Below, one piece after another: positions 38,752-50,746 of a stretch of DNA of 64,000 nucleotides. Made by a program: the position numbers and the translations under genes. The stretch's first letter is position 1. Every line of letters starts with the position of its first letter. Below the pieces are notes generated by a model. The model saw only the letters and a program-made list of their open reading frames with translations. It was not told the DNA's origin and searched no databases. Origin of the DNA: an uncultured Acidobacteriota bacterium (lineage in GTDB: Bacteria > Acidobacteriota > UBA6911); the NCBI GenBank assembly GCA_963843575.1, contig CAWJKZ010000021.1, positions 192,001-256,000 on the forward strand, read 5' to 3'.

Positions 38752-38768
38752 GGACCGGGCTTCCCCTG

Positions 38769-39695
38769 TCAGGTTTGGGCGCGCTTGATGACCACCAGGC
38801 TCAGGTCGTCGGTCTGCTCGGCGACGGCCTTCCGCTCACGGACGAGCGCGTCGCAGATTTCCCGCGCGCTCCCGTCGATCGAGCGCGAGACGGCGCGTTC
38901 GAGCTGCGCCTGTGTGAATGGCGACAGTGGGTCGAGCAGCCCGTCCGTGTACAGCAGCAGCACGTCCCCGTGCCCCATGAGATTCAACTCGTTGACGGTG
39001 TAGCGCTTCTTGTACCCGAGTGCCTGCTGGTAGCGGCGCGCGTCGGCTAGGTCTTCGATCGGCTGCAGCCCGATGGGCGGGTAGCTGACCAGACGGTCAG
39101 GAGAGATCTCGACAAAGCGGTCGTACTCGCGCGAGAAGACGAGCGGTGGCGGGTGGCCGGCGCTGAGGAACCTGAACCTGCCGGTCTGCCCGATCTCGCC
39201 GTAAATCAGGGTGATGAAGGATGTGGCGTCGGGGTCGGCCGCCAGGTTGCGCAGCGTGGACGATTTCAGGAAGCGGGTGTTGATCTGTTCGAACAGCCTC
39301 ACGGTGATCTCGCCGTTCAAGTCCATCTCGTACAGGGCGCCCGTGTGGAAGGCCTGGTGCAACAGGAGTGCCCGGGCGGCATCCGTGAAACCGTGGCCGG
39401 CGACGTCTGCGACGAGGACCGCCCCTTTGCGTTTCAGCCTCTGGAGCGCGTGCGCCATCCTCTCGCGTCCGCCCGCCAGCGCCTGCCGGATCCGCTGGTC
39501 CAGGTCGAAGCGTTCCTCGAAATCGACGTACGTGATCAGGTCCCCTCCGACCAGGCCGTTGAGGGGCAAGCTGACGCCGTAGATGTCGATTCCGGTCAGC
39601 CGCGGTATGGCGCCCGTGCTCGGCATCAGCCGCTGGGAAAGGTATTGCGCGCCGTCTCGCAGTTCTTCGACGATCTTCGAATCATGTGCGTCCAT
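38769..39695 (-). CDS. PP2C/SpoIIE-type Ser/Thr phosphatase
   Basis: VGGD, ADVAGHG, SAGHPPP, LLYTDGL, DDLSLVVIK. Confidence 0.9.
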   Translation of the reverse strand: MDAHDSKIVEELRDGAQYLSQRLMPSTGAIPRLTGIDIYGVSLPLNGLVGGDLITYVDFEERFDLDQRIRQALAGGRERMAHALQRLKRKGAVLVADVAGHGFTDAARALLLHQAFHTGALYEMDLNGEITVRLFEQINTRFLKSSTLRNLAADPDATSFITLIYGEIGQTGRFRFLSAGHPPPLVFSREYDRFVEISPDRLVSYPPIGLQPIEDLADARRYQQALGYKKRYTVNELNLMGHGDVLLLYTDGLLDPLSPFTQAQLERAVSRSIDGSAREICDALVRERKAVAEQTDDLSLVVIKRAQT

Positions 39696-39920
39696 GTTCA
39701 ACCGGTCAACTCCGCTCTCTGCCGAGGACTCGGGCGACCCTTCGAGTCCCTGGAGACGAGCCTTCCGCTCGCTTCCCGCTCTCCGGGCTCGAATAATCTC
39801 AAACGCTTTCACACCGACCGCGCCGCAAGACCCCAAATACTACAACGGGGCACGCCCACTTGCACTACCTTACCGAAGATCCCGTTTCGGCGTATAGTAT
39901 CCCGGCAAGGAGGCGCAAGC

Positions 39921-42024
39921 ATGAGGCGAGCGGCACTTTGGGCGGGCGTTGTCGTACTGATTTCCCTCTACCCGGCGCTGTACGCCGGCCAGGACCCCCG
40001 GGGACTCGCTATCACCTGAGCGGCCAGTACTCCAGGACCCGGACCATTTCCGCTGGCGCCTGCCCGACCCGTTCCCCACGAGGCAGCAGTGGGAGCAGCG
40101 CGCCGCGCAACTCCGCCGGAAGGTCCTGCTTTCGGCGGGCCTGTGGCCGGAGCGGGAACGGACGCCGCTTCGACCCGTCATCTTCGACGTCAAAGAGGGC
40201 GGTGGTTTCAAGGTCGGCAAAGTATATTTCGAGAGCTTCCCGGGATTCCTCGCCACCGGGAACATCTATTACCCGACCGCCGGGAAGCCTCCCTACCCCG
40301 CGATCCTCACCCCACACGGGCACTGGGAATACGGCCGCCTGCAGAACAGCGAGTCCGGTTCCATACCTGCCCGGTGCATCGATTTCGCCCGCCAGGGCTA
40401 CGTGGTCTTCTCCATCGACATGGTCGGTTACAACGACTCGATTCAGCTGCCGCACGACGGGGCGAAAAGCCGGGCACAACTCGCCGCCGACACTCCACTC
40501 CCCTACGAGCCGCGGCTGTTCCGGGCCGATTGGTCCTTCCCGGATGCGGAGCTCTACGGGTTCAACCTGGGGGGCATGCAGCTCTGGAACGGCATCCGCG
40601 CACTCGATTTCCTGGCCTCGCTTCCGGAGGTCGATCCGGGCCGGATCGGGGTGACTGGAGCGTCCGGCGGGGCGACTCAAACTATCCTGCTGATGGCGGC
40701 GGACCCTCGCGTCCGAGTCGCCGCGCCGGTGAACATCATCGGCGCCGAGAAACACCCGGGGTGCGGCTGCGAGAATCTGCCCGGCCTGTGGGTGGACACG
40801 TCAACCATCGAGGTGGCCGCGACCTTCGCCCCTCGGCCCCTCCTCCTGGTTTCGGCCACCGAGGACCCCTGGACGCACTCGACACCGACCCGCGAGCTGC
40901 CGATGCTCACCAGGTACTACGCGCTGTTCGATGCCCAGGATAGGATTGCGAACGTGCACGTGACGGCGGCGCACAACTACAACGCCCAAAGCCGGGCTGC
41001 CGTGTACGCGTTCTTCCGTAAGTACCTCGACCCGCCGGGTCCGCCGGTGGATGCCCCGCCCCCCGTCGCCCCGGAGATGAAGTCGCTCGGTGACCTGCGC
41101 GTTTTTCCCGACGGCGTGCTGCCCAAGGCCGCGAAGCCGGGAAGGGTGATCGCCGAGGACTGGCGCAAGAGCTCCGAGGAGGCGCTTGGCCGGGCCTTTC
41201 CGAAGGCGGCCGCGGAGGTGGAACCCTTTCGGACGGCGTTCGGCGAGGCGCTGGGGCTGGCGCTGAACGTCGAGCGGGTCGCCCCCGAATCGTTGAAGCG
41301 CGTTCCGGAAAGCGGGCCGCGCGCGGGGGGGCACGTGCGCAGAGACCGGATCACCCGGCCGGCCGGGGGGGATGCCGTGCTGCTCGAGTCGGTCCGGGCC
41401 GGCGGCAGCCCCGCGGCTGCCACCCTGATCGCCGCACCGGATTACTTCGCGCTGACGGCCGAAGAGGGTTCCGGTGCAGCTCTGCCGTGGGTCGTCCGCC
41501 TGCTTGAGCAGGGGAATGCCGTTTTCCGGGTCCGCGGTTACTCTTCGGGTGCGGCGCATATCAGCGACCGTGCCTGGGACGCCCTGTCCTGGCCCGGCTC
41601 ATACAACCGCCCCAACGAGGTGCTTGCCGTGCAGGAGATCATGACTGCGATGGCGAGCATACGGCAGGAACTGCCGGGTGTGCCGCTGACGGTGATCGGG
41701 CTGGACAGGGCTGGGGTCCCCGCGGCCTTCGCGGCCGCGCTCCAGGGCGGGGCGAACCGGGTCGTCGTGGACCTGAATGGCGAGGATCCCGGTTATGACC
41801 GGACCCTGACGCGCCTGCTCCCCGTTGGGGCGATCCGCAGGGTTGGGGACCTTCGGACCGCGCTGCTTCTCATCACAGGGCAGGTGCAGCTGGTCAATCC
41901 CGGCCCGGGTTTCGATCCGGACTGGTATCGCAACCAGGCCGCGCGTTCCGGCGCGAAGCTGGTCGTGCACGGCGCCGCGCCGTTCGCCGATGCGGCGTTC
42001 CTGGGGATCCTCTCGGCGCCGTAG
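39921..42024 (+). CDS. Secreted alpha/beta hydrolase (acetylxylan esterase-like), one frameshift near 39995-40004
   Basis: Signal peptide in one frame; WEQRAAQLRRKVL..VYFESFPG..PHGHW..GVTGASGGATQT..HNY in the next; the shift falls at a CCCCC/GGGG run. Confidence 0.8.
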
Positions 42025-42111
42025 ACAGGACGTCACAAATAGTTGCGCATCGTCCGGAGTACGGCAAAAGACGCCGTGGCTTTGCCGGAGCGCCTCGAGA
42101 TTCTTGGAGAC

Positions 42112-42221
42112 CTTCGAGCTCTTCGAGGCTTGAAAGTGACTTGGGCCAGGTTCACAAACTGCCACGGAAGACACTGAAGAAAAGCAGAGGGCACGGAGGG
42201 CTTTCTTCGAGCCTCTTTGAG
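42112..42221. repeat. Intergenic repeat family B (cttcgag/cacgga motifs)
   Basis: Shares exact 17-mer and 12-mer (inverted) with 61754-61784. Confidence 0.65.
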
Positions 42222-42244
42222 GTTGGACTTTGACTTATACCGGC

Positions 42245-42871
42245 CTATCGCCGGTAGAGGAATCGAACCGAGTCCGCGCAGTTCGTCCACGAGGTCAGGG
42301 AGTGGCCGTTTTTGTCCTTGTCGGTCATCAGGGCCCCCCCTTGGCGCAGGCTGTCGAACTGGGCCCTCAGCCCGGCATCGCACAGGGACCAGTCCGCGTC
42401 GGGGGCCAAGGGGGAAATGCCCGCTTCGCATCCGGGGCTGTATTCCCCTGAGCAGAAATACTCAATCGATGTCGGTTCGGTGAAGAAATTGCCGTGCGCG
42501 AACCCCACCGGAACCCAGATCCACTCGGCGAACGGGCGCTCGGGCGACGCGGGCATGTCGTAAGCCAGGATTTTCCCGAACGTCGGCGACCCCTGGCGGA
42601 TGTCCAGGACCAGGTCCACCATGCGCCCGCTCAGCGTCCGCACGAGCTTCCCCATGTAGGGATTCCACTGGAAGTGCAGGCCGCGGATTGTTCCCGCCCT
42701 CGAAAAGCTCTCGTTGGCCTGCAGGAATCGCACTCCTTCCATGAAGGGCAGGCCGTCGAAATCGCTCCTGCGGAAGTGCTCCGTGAAGTAACCCCGGTGA
42801 TCGTGGAAGCGGGCGAAACGGATCACCCGGATCTCCGGCATGGCCAGGCTTTTCACATCGACAATTTTCAC
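42245..42871 (-). CDS. rmlC: dTDP-4-dehydrorhamnose 3,5-epimerase family
   Basis: FHDHRGYFTE, QANESFS, IRGLHFQ, KLVR, DIRQGSPTFG, WVPVGFAHG. Confidence 0.9.
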   Translation of the reverse strand: MKIVDVKSLAMPEIRVIRFARFHDHRGYFTEHFRRSDFDGLPFMEGVRFLQANESFSRAGTIRGLHFQWNPYMGKLVRTLSGRMVDLVLDIRQGSPTFGKILAYDMPASPERPFAEWIWVPVGFAHGNFFTEPTSIEYFCSGEYSPGCEAGISPLAPDADWSLCDAGLRAQFDSLRQGGALMTDKDKNGHSLTSWTNCADSVRFLYRR

Positions 42872-43176
42872 CGCCGCTCCCCCCTGACACTCCGCTCCAG
42901 TGTTGTGCGAGTTTAGCGCCGGCACTCTCACGGGAGCGGGCCCCGCACGTGCCCTCCCCGGTCTTCGAGAGTCTCGTCCGCGCTAGTCGAAACGGGCCAT
43001 ACTATCAGATTCCGCGTTTTCCTCGGTACGCGTCTTGATCGGCCGCACGCTTAACTGCCAGGCGGACTTCACTTTCTGAATGAGTAATTGTTCAAGTGCC
43101 CGCACCGGATTGCCGATGAATAGCGTGGGTTGCGTCGAGATCCCGGTTTCATTCACTGAACGGAAGGCGGGTGTGC

Positions 43177-44250
43177 ATGAAGAAGATCTTGCTGGTCGGG
43201 GGCGCGGGTTACATCGGATCGGTGCTGGCCCACGAACTCCTCGAGAGAGGGTACGCGGTGCGGATCCTGGACCGCATGTATTTCGGGGATCAGGGACTGG
43301 CCGACATCCGCGACCGGGTCGAGGTGGTCGTGGCGGACATGCGTACGCCGCCCGCATATGCCCTGGACAACGTCGAAGCAGTGGTCAACATCGCGGGACT
43401 CTCCAACGATCCCACTGCGGAATACAACCCTGCCGCCAACTACGCCATGAACACGACGGCGAGCGTCACGCTCGCCAGGGAGTGCATGCAGCGCGGCGTT
43501 CGAAGGTACATCTACGCGTCCTCCTGCTCGATCTACGATTACGGCGTACTGGACCAGAACCAGGACCTCATCCTGGACGAGACCGCGGCGGTCAATCCGC
43601 GGGCGGCATACTCGAGCTCGAAATTCGCCGCCGAGAAGGAACTGCTGCCGCTGGCCTCCGACAAGTTCTGCGTGTCGGTGCTGCGCAAAGGCACGTTGTT
43701 CGGCTTCTCCCCACGGATGCGCTACGACCTGGTGGTCAACACGTTCGTGAAAGACGCCCTGAGCAAGGGAGAAATGCGGCTGCACTACGGCGGGGAGATG
43801 TGGCGCCCGCTGGTGGAGATCCGCGACGCCGCCCGTGCTTACATCGCTCTGATCCAGGCAGAGTCCGAGGCCGTCAACGGGCAGATCTTCAACCTGGTCT
43901 ATGGGAACATGCGGATCAGCGAGCTTGCCCTGCGGATCCGCGAGGTGCTGCGCGAGCTCGACGTCAAGGTCGAAGTCAAGGCGGACTATGCCTACAAGGG
44001 GGTGCGCAACTACCGGGTGACCGGTGAGAAGCTCTATCGCGTGCTGAACTTCAGGCCCAAGGTCTCCGTCGAGGAATCGGTGCGCAACCTGGTCCAGGAA
44101 ATCCGCCGGTCGCGCTATACCGATTTCGAGAATCCCCGCTATTACAACATCGCCTGGATGCGTCTGCTGGAAGAGGCCAACAAGATCGTTCAGATTACCG
44201 GATCGGTCTTTGACGCGCGGGAGGCGCCGGACCTCGCCCGGAGCGCCTAG
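43177..44250 (+). CDS. NAD-dependent nucleotide-sugar epimerase/dehydratase
   Basis: GGAGYIGS, AGLSNDP, ASSCSIY, YSSSK, SPRMRYDLVVN, WRPLV. Confidence 0.9.
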   Translation: MKKILLVGGAGYIGSVLAHELLERGYAVRILDRMYFGDQGLADIRDRVEVVVADMRTPPAYALDNVEAVVNIAGLSNDPTAEYNPAANYAMNTTASVTLARECMQRGVRRYIYASSCSIYDYGVLDQNQDLILDETAAVNPRAAYSSSKFAAEKELLPLASDKFCVSVLRKGTLFGFSPRMRYDLVVNTFVKDALSKGEMRLHYGGEMWRPLVEIRDAARAYIALIQAESEAVNGQIFNLVYGNMRISELALRIREVLRELDVKVEVKADYAYKGVRNYRVTGEKLYRVLNFRPKVSVEESVRNLVQEIRRSRYTDFENPRYYNIAWMRLLEEANKIVQITGSVFDAREAPDLARSA

Positions 44251-44339
44251 TTCGGCCACGGGCCGACGTGGATTGTCTTTGGCCGGTCCGGACGCACGGA
44301 TCCGGACCTGAATGTGCGCGATTGAAAGATGAAGGTGCG

Positions 44340-45245
44340 ATGAGCAGACTGGTGGTCGTCATTGGCTCGAATGGGCAGCTGGGTTCGGACCTGATGCGTT
44401 TGTGGCCCGTGAACCCTGCCGGCCCCAGTCTGCGCGGCTTCACCCACGCGGAAATCGAGATCTCCGACGCCGCGTCGGTCCAAGCGGCGCTGATGCCGCT
44501 CTCCCCCGGGGTGGTGGTCAATACGGCGGCCTGCCACCGCGTCGACGACATCGAAGCCGCTCCCGGGAGAGCATTTGAGGTCAACGTGCTGGGCCCGAGA
44601 AACCTGGCCGAGGCATGTCGGGCGCTCGACGCCGTCCTCGTCCACATCAGCACGGACTACGTGTTCTCCGGGAAGAAAGGTGCCCCGTACTGGGAGTGCG
44701 ACCCCGTGGACCCGGTCAACATGTACGGCATCAGCAAGGCCGCCGGCGAGATGGCGATCCGCTCCTTGTGGCCCCGGCACTTCATCGTGCGCACCAGCGG
44801 GCTTTACGGCGCGGCCGGCCCGTCCGGGAAGGGGAGCAACTTTATCGAGCTGATGCTGCGGCTGGCCCGTTCCGGCAAGCCGATACGGGTGGTGGACGAC
44901 CAGACCCTGACCCCGACACCGACGGCGTCCCTGGCGCCGCAGATCGCCCTGCTTTGCGGACAGGGGCACTACGGCACCTACCACGCCACGTGCCAGGGGT
45001 CGTGCTCCTGGTTCGATTTTGCGGCGGCGATCTTCGGCTTGGCCGGACTGACGCCGGATCTTGGTCGCCAATCGACCCGTCAGTCGGGGGCCCGTGCCGC
45101 CCGTCCTTCGTTCTCGGTCCTGGAAAACCGCAATCTCGCGCTCCTGGGGATCGACCGCATGCCACCGTGGCGGCGCGCGCTCGAGGAGTACCTGGAAACC
45201 CGGCGCAGCCGCGCCGAAAGCCGCGAGTTCTGTTCAAACGCTTGA
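44340..45245 (+). CDS. rmlD: dTDP-4-dehydrorhamnose reductase
   Basis: GSNGQLG, VHISTDYVFSG, YGISK, VVDDQ..PT, SWFDFA, RPSFSVL. Confidence 0.92.
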   Translation: MSRLVVVIGSNGQLGSDLMRLWPVNPAGPSLRGFTHAEIEISDAASVQAALMPLSPGVVVNTAACHRVDDIEAAPGRAFEVNVLGPRNLAEACRALDAVLVHISTDYVFSGKKGAPYWECDPVDPVNMYGISKAAGEMAIRSLWPRHFIVRTSGLYGAAGPSGKGSNFIELMLRLARSGKPIRVVDDQTLTPTPTASLAPQIALLCGQGHYGTYHATCQGSCSWFDFAAAIFGLAGLTPDLGRQSTRQSGARAARPSFSVLENRNLALLGIDRMPPWRRALEEYLETRRSRAESREFCSNA

Positions 45246-45265
45246 GCCCGTCCCCGGAGGTGTCG

Positions 45266-46996
45266 ATGCCTGCCGCCGCCCCGTCCTTTGTCCTCGTCCC
45301 AAGGTGCGTCCCCTGGGATGCCTTCACGGAATTCCTCGGCGGAATCCGGAAGCGGTTCCCCGGCTGCCGCATGGCGGTCTTCGAGGCGAACCCCGGCAAC
45401 CTGCGGCGCTACGCCCCGGGGATCCAGGTACTCCAGTACCGCGGCGCGCGCTTCTTCGAGTCGGACATGCGCGCACAACTCGAGGGGAAACTGGACTGGA
45501 GGAGTTGCGCAGCCGTGGTGGTGCCTCTGGGCAACGACGAAGGCAGGGGTTACGAACAGCTCATCGGCTTTGCCCGTGGTTGCTCCGGGATTCCCGCCTT
45601 CGTGATGGCCCCTGATTTGAGCCTTAGGTCGGTTTCTTATGCGCCGGCGGTCGCCACTCCCGCTACCGGCGGCGCCTCCCTGGAAAGGGCCGTGCTCGGT
45701 TGCTTCCGCGCTCGAGACGGTGCGCTCGCGATCGTGGGCCGGCTCCCCGACGGCGGCTCGCCGGCGGAACGGCTTGCCGTGTGCAGCGACTCCGGTCCCG
45801 CGCAGGTCGAAGCCACGGTGTTCCGCTATCCCTGCCCGGATTACGGCGCACCGGGCGAGGAGGCCGGGATCGCGGTCTTCATCCCACCGGGGATTCCCGC
45901 GTTGGGCCTGCGGATCCGTTGCCCCGGGGGGAGCGAGTTCAAGATCGACCCCGACACTCCCTCGGACCCGTCGGCGCTCATGGAGGAGTTTGTCGTCGCC
46001 TTCAACCGCTGCCGCCACGCCGCGAGCCGTGACGTCGAGCGGCGCCGGAGGGTCGAAGAGCACTTCCTGGGCGTGATCACGGCCTTGAACGCAGCGGCGA
46101 ACGACGCCGTGAGCGTCATCGCGGAGCACCAGTTTGGCGTCGCCCCGGCGCATCCCAAGGTCAGCATCGTCGTGCCGTTTTTTGGGGCCTACGATTTAAT
46201 CCGGCACCAGCTTTCTGATTTTTCCTCCGACGCGTTCCTGAAGCAGCAGGAACTGATCCTGGTGCTTCACCGCGTCGACGACGAGCAAGACGACCTGGAC
46301 CGGTTCAAGGTCAGGCTACACCGGTTGCACGATCTCTATGGCGTTCCGGTGCGGCTTTTGGTGACCAATCGCACGTGCGGTTTCAGCATGGCGTGCAACA
46401 TCGGGGCGACCGCCGCACGCGCGGACTGCCTGCTCCTGCTCAACTCCGACGTGTTTCCCAAGACCCAGGGCTGGCTGGAGATGCTGGTCTCGGATTTGGG
46501 AAGCGACCCCTCCGCCGGGATCGTCGGGGCGCGGCTGCTTTACCCAGACGAGTCGGTGCAGCACGTCGGGCTGACGTGGCGCCGCGATCCCGCCCTGCAG
46601 GACCTTCCGGTGAACTATCATCCGTATAAGGGAATGAGCCCGACCCTGGTGCCGTGCGGCGGGCTGGCCGAGGTGCACGCGGTCACCGGGGCCTGCATGA
46701 TGTTCAGGACCGCCGAATACCGGGCCCTTGGGATGCTCGACACCGGCTTCATCCGGGGCGACTACGAGGACTCGGATATCTGCCTTCGCTTCAGGGCGCG
46801 AGGCATGAGGACGGTCTGCGACAACCGGGTCGAGCTCTATCACCTGGAGGGGGCGTCGTGGGCCTCTGACCTGCGCCACTCGCTGCACTTCGTCAACGCC
46901 CGGCGGCACGAACAGAGGTGGGGCCGGGTCATCTCCGAACTGATCGCCCAACCTCACCGCGAGGGCTCCGGGGACGCAGCGACCGCGGCGAGGTGA
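45266..46996 (+). CDS. GT2 glycosyltransferase with long N-terminal extension
   Basis: VSIVVP, GFSMACNIG, LLLNSD, VGARLLYPDESVQH, AVTGACM, EDSDICLR, HLEG. Confidence 0.88.
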   Translation: MPAAAPSFVLVPRCVPWDAFTEFLGGIRKRFPGCRMAVFEANPGNLRRYAPGIQVLQYRGARFFESDMRAQLEGKLDWRSCAAVVVPLGNDEGRGYEQLIGFARGCSGIPAFVMAPDLSLRSVSYAPAVATPATGGASLERAVLGCFRARDGALAIVGRLPDGGSPAERLAVCSDSGPAQVEATVFRYPCPDYGAPGEEAGIAVFIPPGIPALGLRIRCPGGSEFKIDPDTPSDPSALMEEFVVAFNRCRHAASRDVERRRRVEEHFLGVITALNAAANDAVSVIAEHQFGVAPAHPKVSIVVPFFGAYDLIRHQLSDFSSDAFLKQQELILVLHRVDDEQDDLDRFKVRLHRLHDLYGVPVRLLVTNRTCGFSMACNIGATAARADCLLLLNSDVFPKTQGWLEMLVSDLGSDPSAGIVGARLLYPDESVQHVGLTWRRDPALQDLPVNYHPYKGMSPTLVPCGGLAEVHAVTGACMMFRTAEYRALGMLDTGFIRGDYEDSDICLRFRARGMRTVCDNRVELYHLEGASWASDLRHSLHFVNARRHEQRWGRVISELIAQPHREGSGDAATAAR

Positions 46997-47016
46997 ATAT
47001 GCGAAACACGAACAAC

Positions 47017-47098
47017 AACTTGTCACGGAAGACACGGAAAAAAACACGGAAAGCACGGAAAAACACGATATCTTCTTCCGTGTCCTCCGTGACAAGTT
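47017..47098. repeat. Palindrome with tandem CACGGAA units between convergent genes
   Basis: aacttgtcacggaagacacggaa ... ttccgtgtcctccgtgacaagtt; four CACGGAA units. Confidence 0.75.
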
Positions 47099-47138
47099 TT
47101 TTGTCGTTGCGTCCTGTTCCCCGCGAGTACCCGCACCG

Positions 47139-49572
47139 CTACGGTTCGCGTTCGTAAACGAGGATGGAATCCTGGTCCATCGCCGCGACGTACAGCCGGC
47201 CGCGATGGACCCACATGCCCTGTGCGAAGCAGGTGAGCGGAGTCCTGTCGAATTCGGCCCCTTCGGGCGTGAACAGCTTGAGGCAGCGGTTCCAGCGGTT
47301 CTGAGCCACGGCGACGGCGCCGTCTTCGAATTGAGCGACGCTTTCCGGGGCGAAAAGCGCGTCGCGGCCTAGGCCGCAGCGGCCAATCGCCTGAACGCAG
47401 CGCCCTGCCGGGTCGACCCGCTGGACGCGGTGGTTATTCCGGTCCACGACCCAGAGACTCCCCTCCAGCCCGGGGCTCAGCTGCGTCGGATGGCGGAACT
47501 CTCCCAGCCCAGTTCCCTCGGCCCTGACGAGCGTGTCCCAGGACCCGTCAGGTCGAAACCGCACGATTCCGTTTCCGGAGTCGCTGACGAGCATCGCCCC
47601 GTCCGCCATTCTGCCAATGCCGAAGGGATGGCCATCCTGCCAGGGGGAGTCTCCGCCCGGGGGAACGTGATACGCGGCGCCGCGGTCCAGGTCCAGCACC
47701 TCAACGCTCCGGTTCTCGGCATCGACGACCCAGAGCCGCCCCACGTCATCGAACGCAATGCCTGCCGGTCTCTGAAACGCCCGGGCCGCGGTTTTCGGTT
47801 TTGCGATGCGGCGGAGGACACCGCCCTCGGGTTGGACTTCCAAGACCTCGTGGCCTCGATTGAGGCTTACGAAGAGCCGCCCGTCGTGGAAGGAGATGCA
47901 GTGAGGGTGAAGGGGTTCCGGGCCGGTGCCGAGCGGGATCCTGAGGACCTCCCGCAGCCGTGACGGCTTCGGCTTGTAGCTCCTCCGGGACCTGCGGAAG
48001 GCCGCGTGGCCCGGGGCGCGCGCTTTGTCGCGCAGTACCTCGGGCAGGGGCAGCAGCCAGGGGAGGGGCAGAAGCTCCTGGGTCCCCTCGACGACCCCCG
48101 ACCAGCGATAGATCCACTCCAGGACGCCCATGAAGTGTGCTTCGAAAGCCGCACCTGCCTGGCGCCACGACTCCGTCCGGAGTCGATCGGACAGGCTGGT
48201 GACGCCGAGCGTCCGGGCGCGGATGTCTTCCAGCCGCGCGGCGGCCGGCGCGAACCTGTCGAAGATTGGGCGCACAAGGGGCGCCCACACCTTTGTCGCT
48301 GCCGCGACAGCGTCGTGGTCGCCGGCCAGGCGGCTTTCGAGGACGCCCAGGCAGAAGTGGTGAAGGGCTTCGTGCACCGCCTGTTCGGCGGCTGCGCGTT
48401 TCTGCGCCAGATCGCGCAGGGCGGCAAGGGCGCGGTCTGGAGCGTCCGACGCATCCTGGTCACGTTCCGGGCTCAGCGCTTCGTCCGCCAGCGCCGAGGG
48501 CGTGGTCCACCAGGTCCGCCCATTCCCGGATCGACACACCCGGTGCGTCGGAGTCGATCCGCCTGAGTTCAGCCTGGGCCGTCCGCCGCAGGGGTGTCCG
48601 AATGTCGAGGAGCCGCGGCTCGGGCCGCATCGGATGGACGCCGCTGCCGGTCCACCGCTCCATCCGCTCGCCGCAGCGGAGCCAGAACTCTCCGCCCGAA
48701 TTGCTGGTCGGGACAGGGACGCCGGAGGTTTCGAGCGTCTGCCGGAGTTCCCCGTCCCAGCCGTAGAACAGGAGGCGGCGGCGGTCCCAGCCGATCAGTC
48801 CCCACTCGTCCGCGGACACCCAGTCGAGCGGCGTTTCCGCGCTGACCCGCACGGGGAGCAGATTCCCGAGAAGGACCTGCTTGAGCGTGCGTGAGGAGGG
48901 TTCCCACACGTACAGTGCGTTCTCCGAGTCTCCGAGAATGCGCTCCGGGTAATAGGTGAAGTCGAGGGCGGGGAAGTCCTTGAGCAGTCCGGTCTGCTCA
49001 AGCTCGCTTTCGAGAAACAGGCCGGGAACCACCCAGCGGTTCTCCACAGCCGGAGGGAGGGCTCTTCCGATCTCGAAGAGCAGCTGTCCGCGCAGGGACA
49101 TTGCGCAGAGCCGGTGATTGCCCCTGTCCAGCACGAGCCAGAAGCTCATCGGTTTGGCCACGCGCTCGCTGTTGAAGTCGCCGGCGACGAACCGCACGTC
49201 GGCGACTTCCCCGAATCGGTCTCTGTCCCGCGCCGGTCCAGAGTCAGCAACGGGTTTCCAGCCAGATCGAGGAATTGCACGCGCCGGTTCCAGGCGTCGC
49301 AGACGGCGAGGCAGCGCACGGTTTCGCCGTTCTTCTCAACCCAGCCGATGGACAAGCCGCGGGGATAGTGAAAGGCGCCCGGCCGCGTTGCCGCGGGCCG
49401 TTCTCTGCCACCGGATCTCGCCGCTGCCGTCCAGGGAGCAGACGCTGTGGTTGATCTCGTCCGAGTAGTAGACTTCGCCGGCGGGGCCCGAGACGATCGT
49501 GTGGATCGGGCCGGGTTGGTGACCGCCCGAGCGGGGCAGCGGTATCGACTGAGCCAGACGGGGTGGTCCCAT
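47139..49572 (-). CDS. NHL-repeat (beta-propeller) protein, split by at least 3 frameshifts
   Basis: YYSDEINHSV, FHYPRGL, VCDAWNRRVQ, VLDRGNHRL, FQRPAGIAFD, FRHPTQL, VVDRNNHRVQ in successive frames. Confidence 0.75.
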
Positions 49573-49576
49573 ACGA

Positions 49577-50727
49577 TTAGCCACGCAAATGTCCGGTGCG
49601 CTTCGAGCCGAGCGCCTGGAGGTAGATCTGTTCCAGGTGGGCAGTTGTCTTGCGCGCGTCGAACGAGCGGCGCGCGAACTGTTCGCCGGCGCGTCCCAGC
49701 CCGATGCGCTTCGGCCGGTCGAACCTGGCCATGGTGAGGATTTCCGCGGAGAGCACCGGGGCGCATTCCGGCGGGACGACGGTGCCGAATGGGGCGGCGG
49801 CAAGGAGCTCGGGGACGCCGCCCACCCCCGTGGCCACGATGGGGAGTCCGGCCAGCATCGCTTCCAGGAGGACCACGGGCAGGTTGTCCGACCGACTGGC
49901 AAGGGCGAAGAGGTCGAAGTCCCCCAGCCGTGCGTACGGGTTGAAGACCGCTCCGTAAAAGACGAGGCGTTTCATGGAGGGATCGACGTGCGCCGCCCAG
50001 CGCCGCAGTTGGGCGGCCGAATCGCCGTCTCCCATGATGTGCAGCTCGGCGCGCGGGAACTCGCTCCAGACTGCCGGCATCGCTTCGAGCAGGAGATCGA
50101 CCCCCTTGCGGGAAGTCAGCTCGCAGACCGTGACGATTCGGAACGGTTCGGGGGCGGTGCGCTCCGGCACCGGGTATGCGGGGAACCGTTCGAGGTCGAG
50201 GCCCATCGGGATGAGCTGCGGGGCGCGGACGCCCAGGTCGTGGCTCAGCCGTCCCGCCCAGTGGCGCGAGTAGGTGAGGACCGCGTCGCACAGCTGGTAG
50301 GCGAGAGCGTCCTGGAGGTCCATGTCGGCCGACCGCCCGGCTCCCCAGCCGTGACAGGTCGCGACCAGGGCGCCGGGTTGCGCCCAGTGACCGACCGCGG
50401 CGGCCATCGCCGTGTGGGCGTGTACCACGGAAGGACCGCGAGTGTGGCTGGAGGACGCGTCCCAGTTTTTCCGAGGCGTTGCCGCAGCGGACCCGTGCGG
50501 CGGTGGAAGAAATCACCCAGGGTGAGGACCTCGACGTGGTGGCGCGCCAGTTCGGCCACCAGTTCGGGGTCCGTGCGCCAGTGCGCGTCGGCGTCGTCGC
50601 TGACCCCGACGGTCACCCTGTGCCCTCGGCCACGGGCCTGCTCGATCGCGGCGTCGGCCACGACACGTCCCGCGCCCAGCCGCAGTTGCGGGATCACGTG
50701 AACGATCGTCAAAGGTTCGGCACTCAT
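49577..50727 (-). CDS. GT4 glycosyltransferase (frameshift near 50430-50480)
   Basis: VHAHTA, RKGVDLL, DLFALASRSDNLPVVLLEAMLAGLPIVATGVGGVPE. Confidence 0.88.
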
Positions 50728-50746
50728 GTCGCTCCTGGTCCGGGCC

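Noticed and set aside
39990-40020. Programmed frameshift or TGA recoding in the esterase
   Set aside because: The downstream domain is in another frame, so readthrough would not help; one extra base in a C/G run explains it.
47017-47098. Possible CRISPR or mini-array
   Set aside because: Units are ~7 bp with no unique spacers, they form a palindrome, and no cas genes are present.
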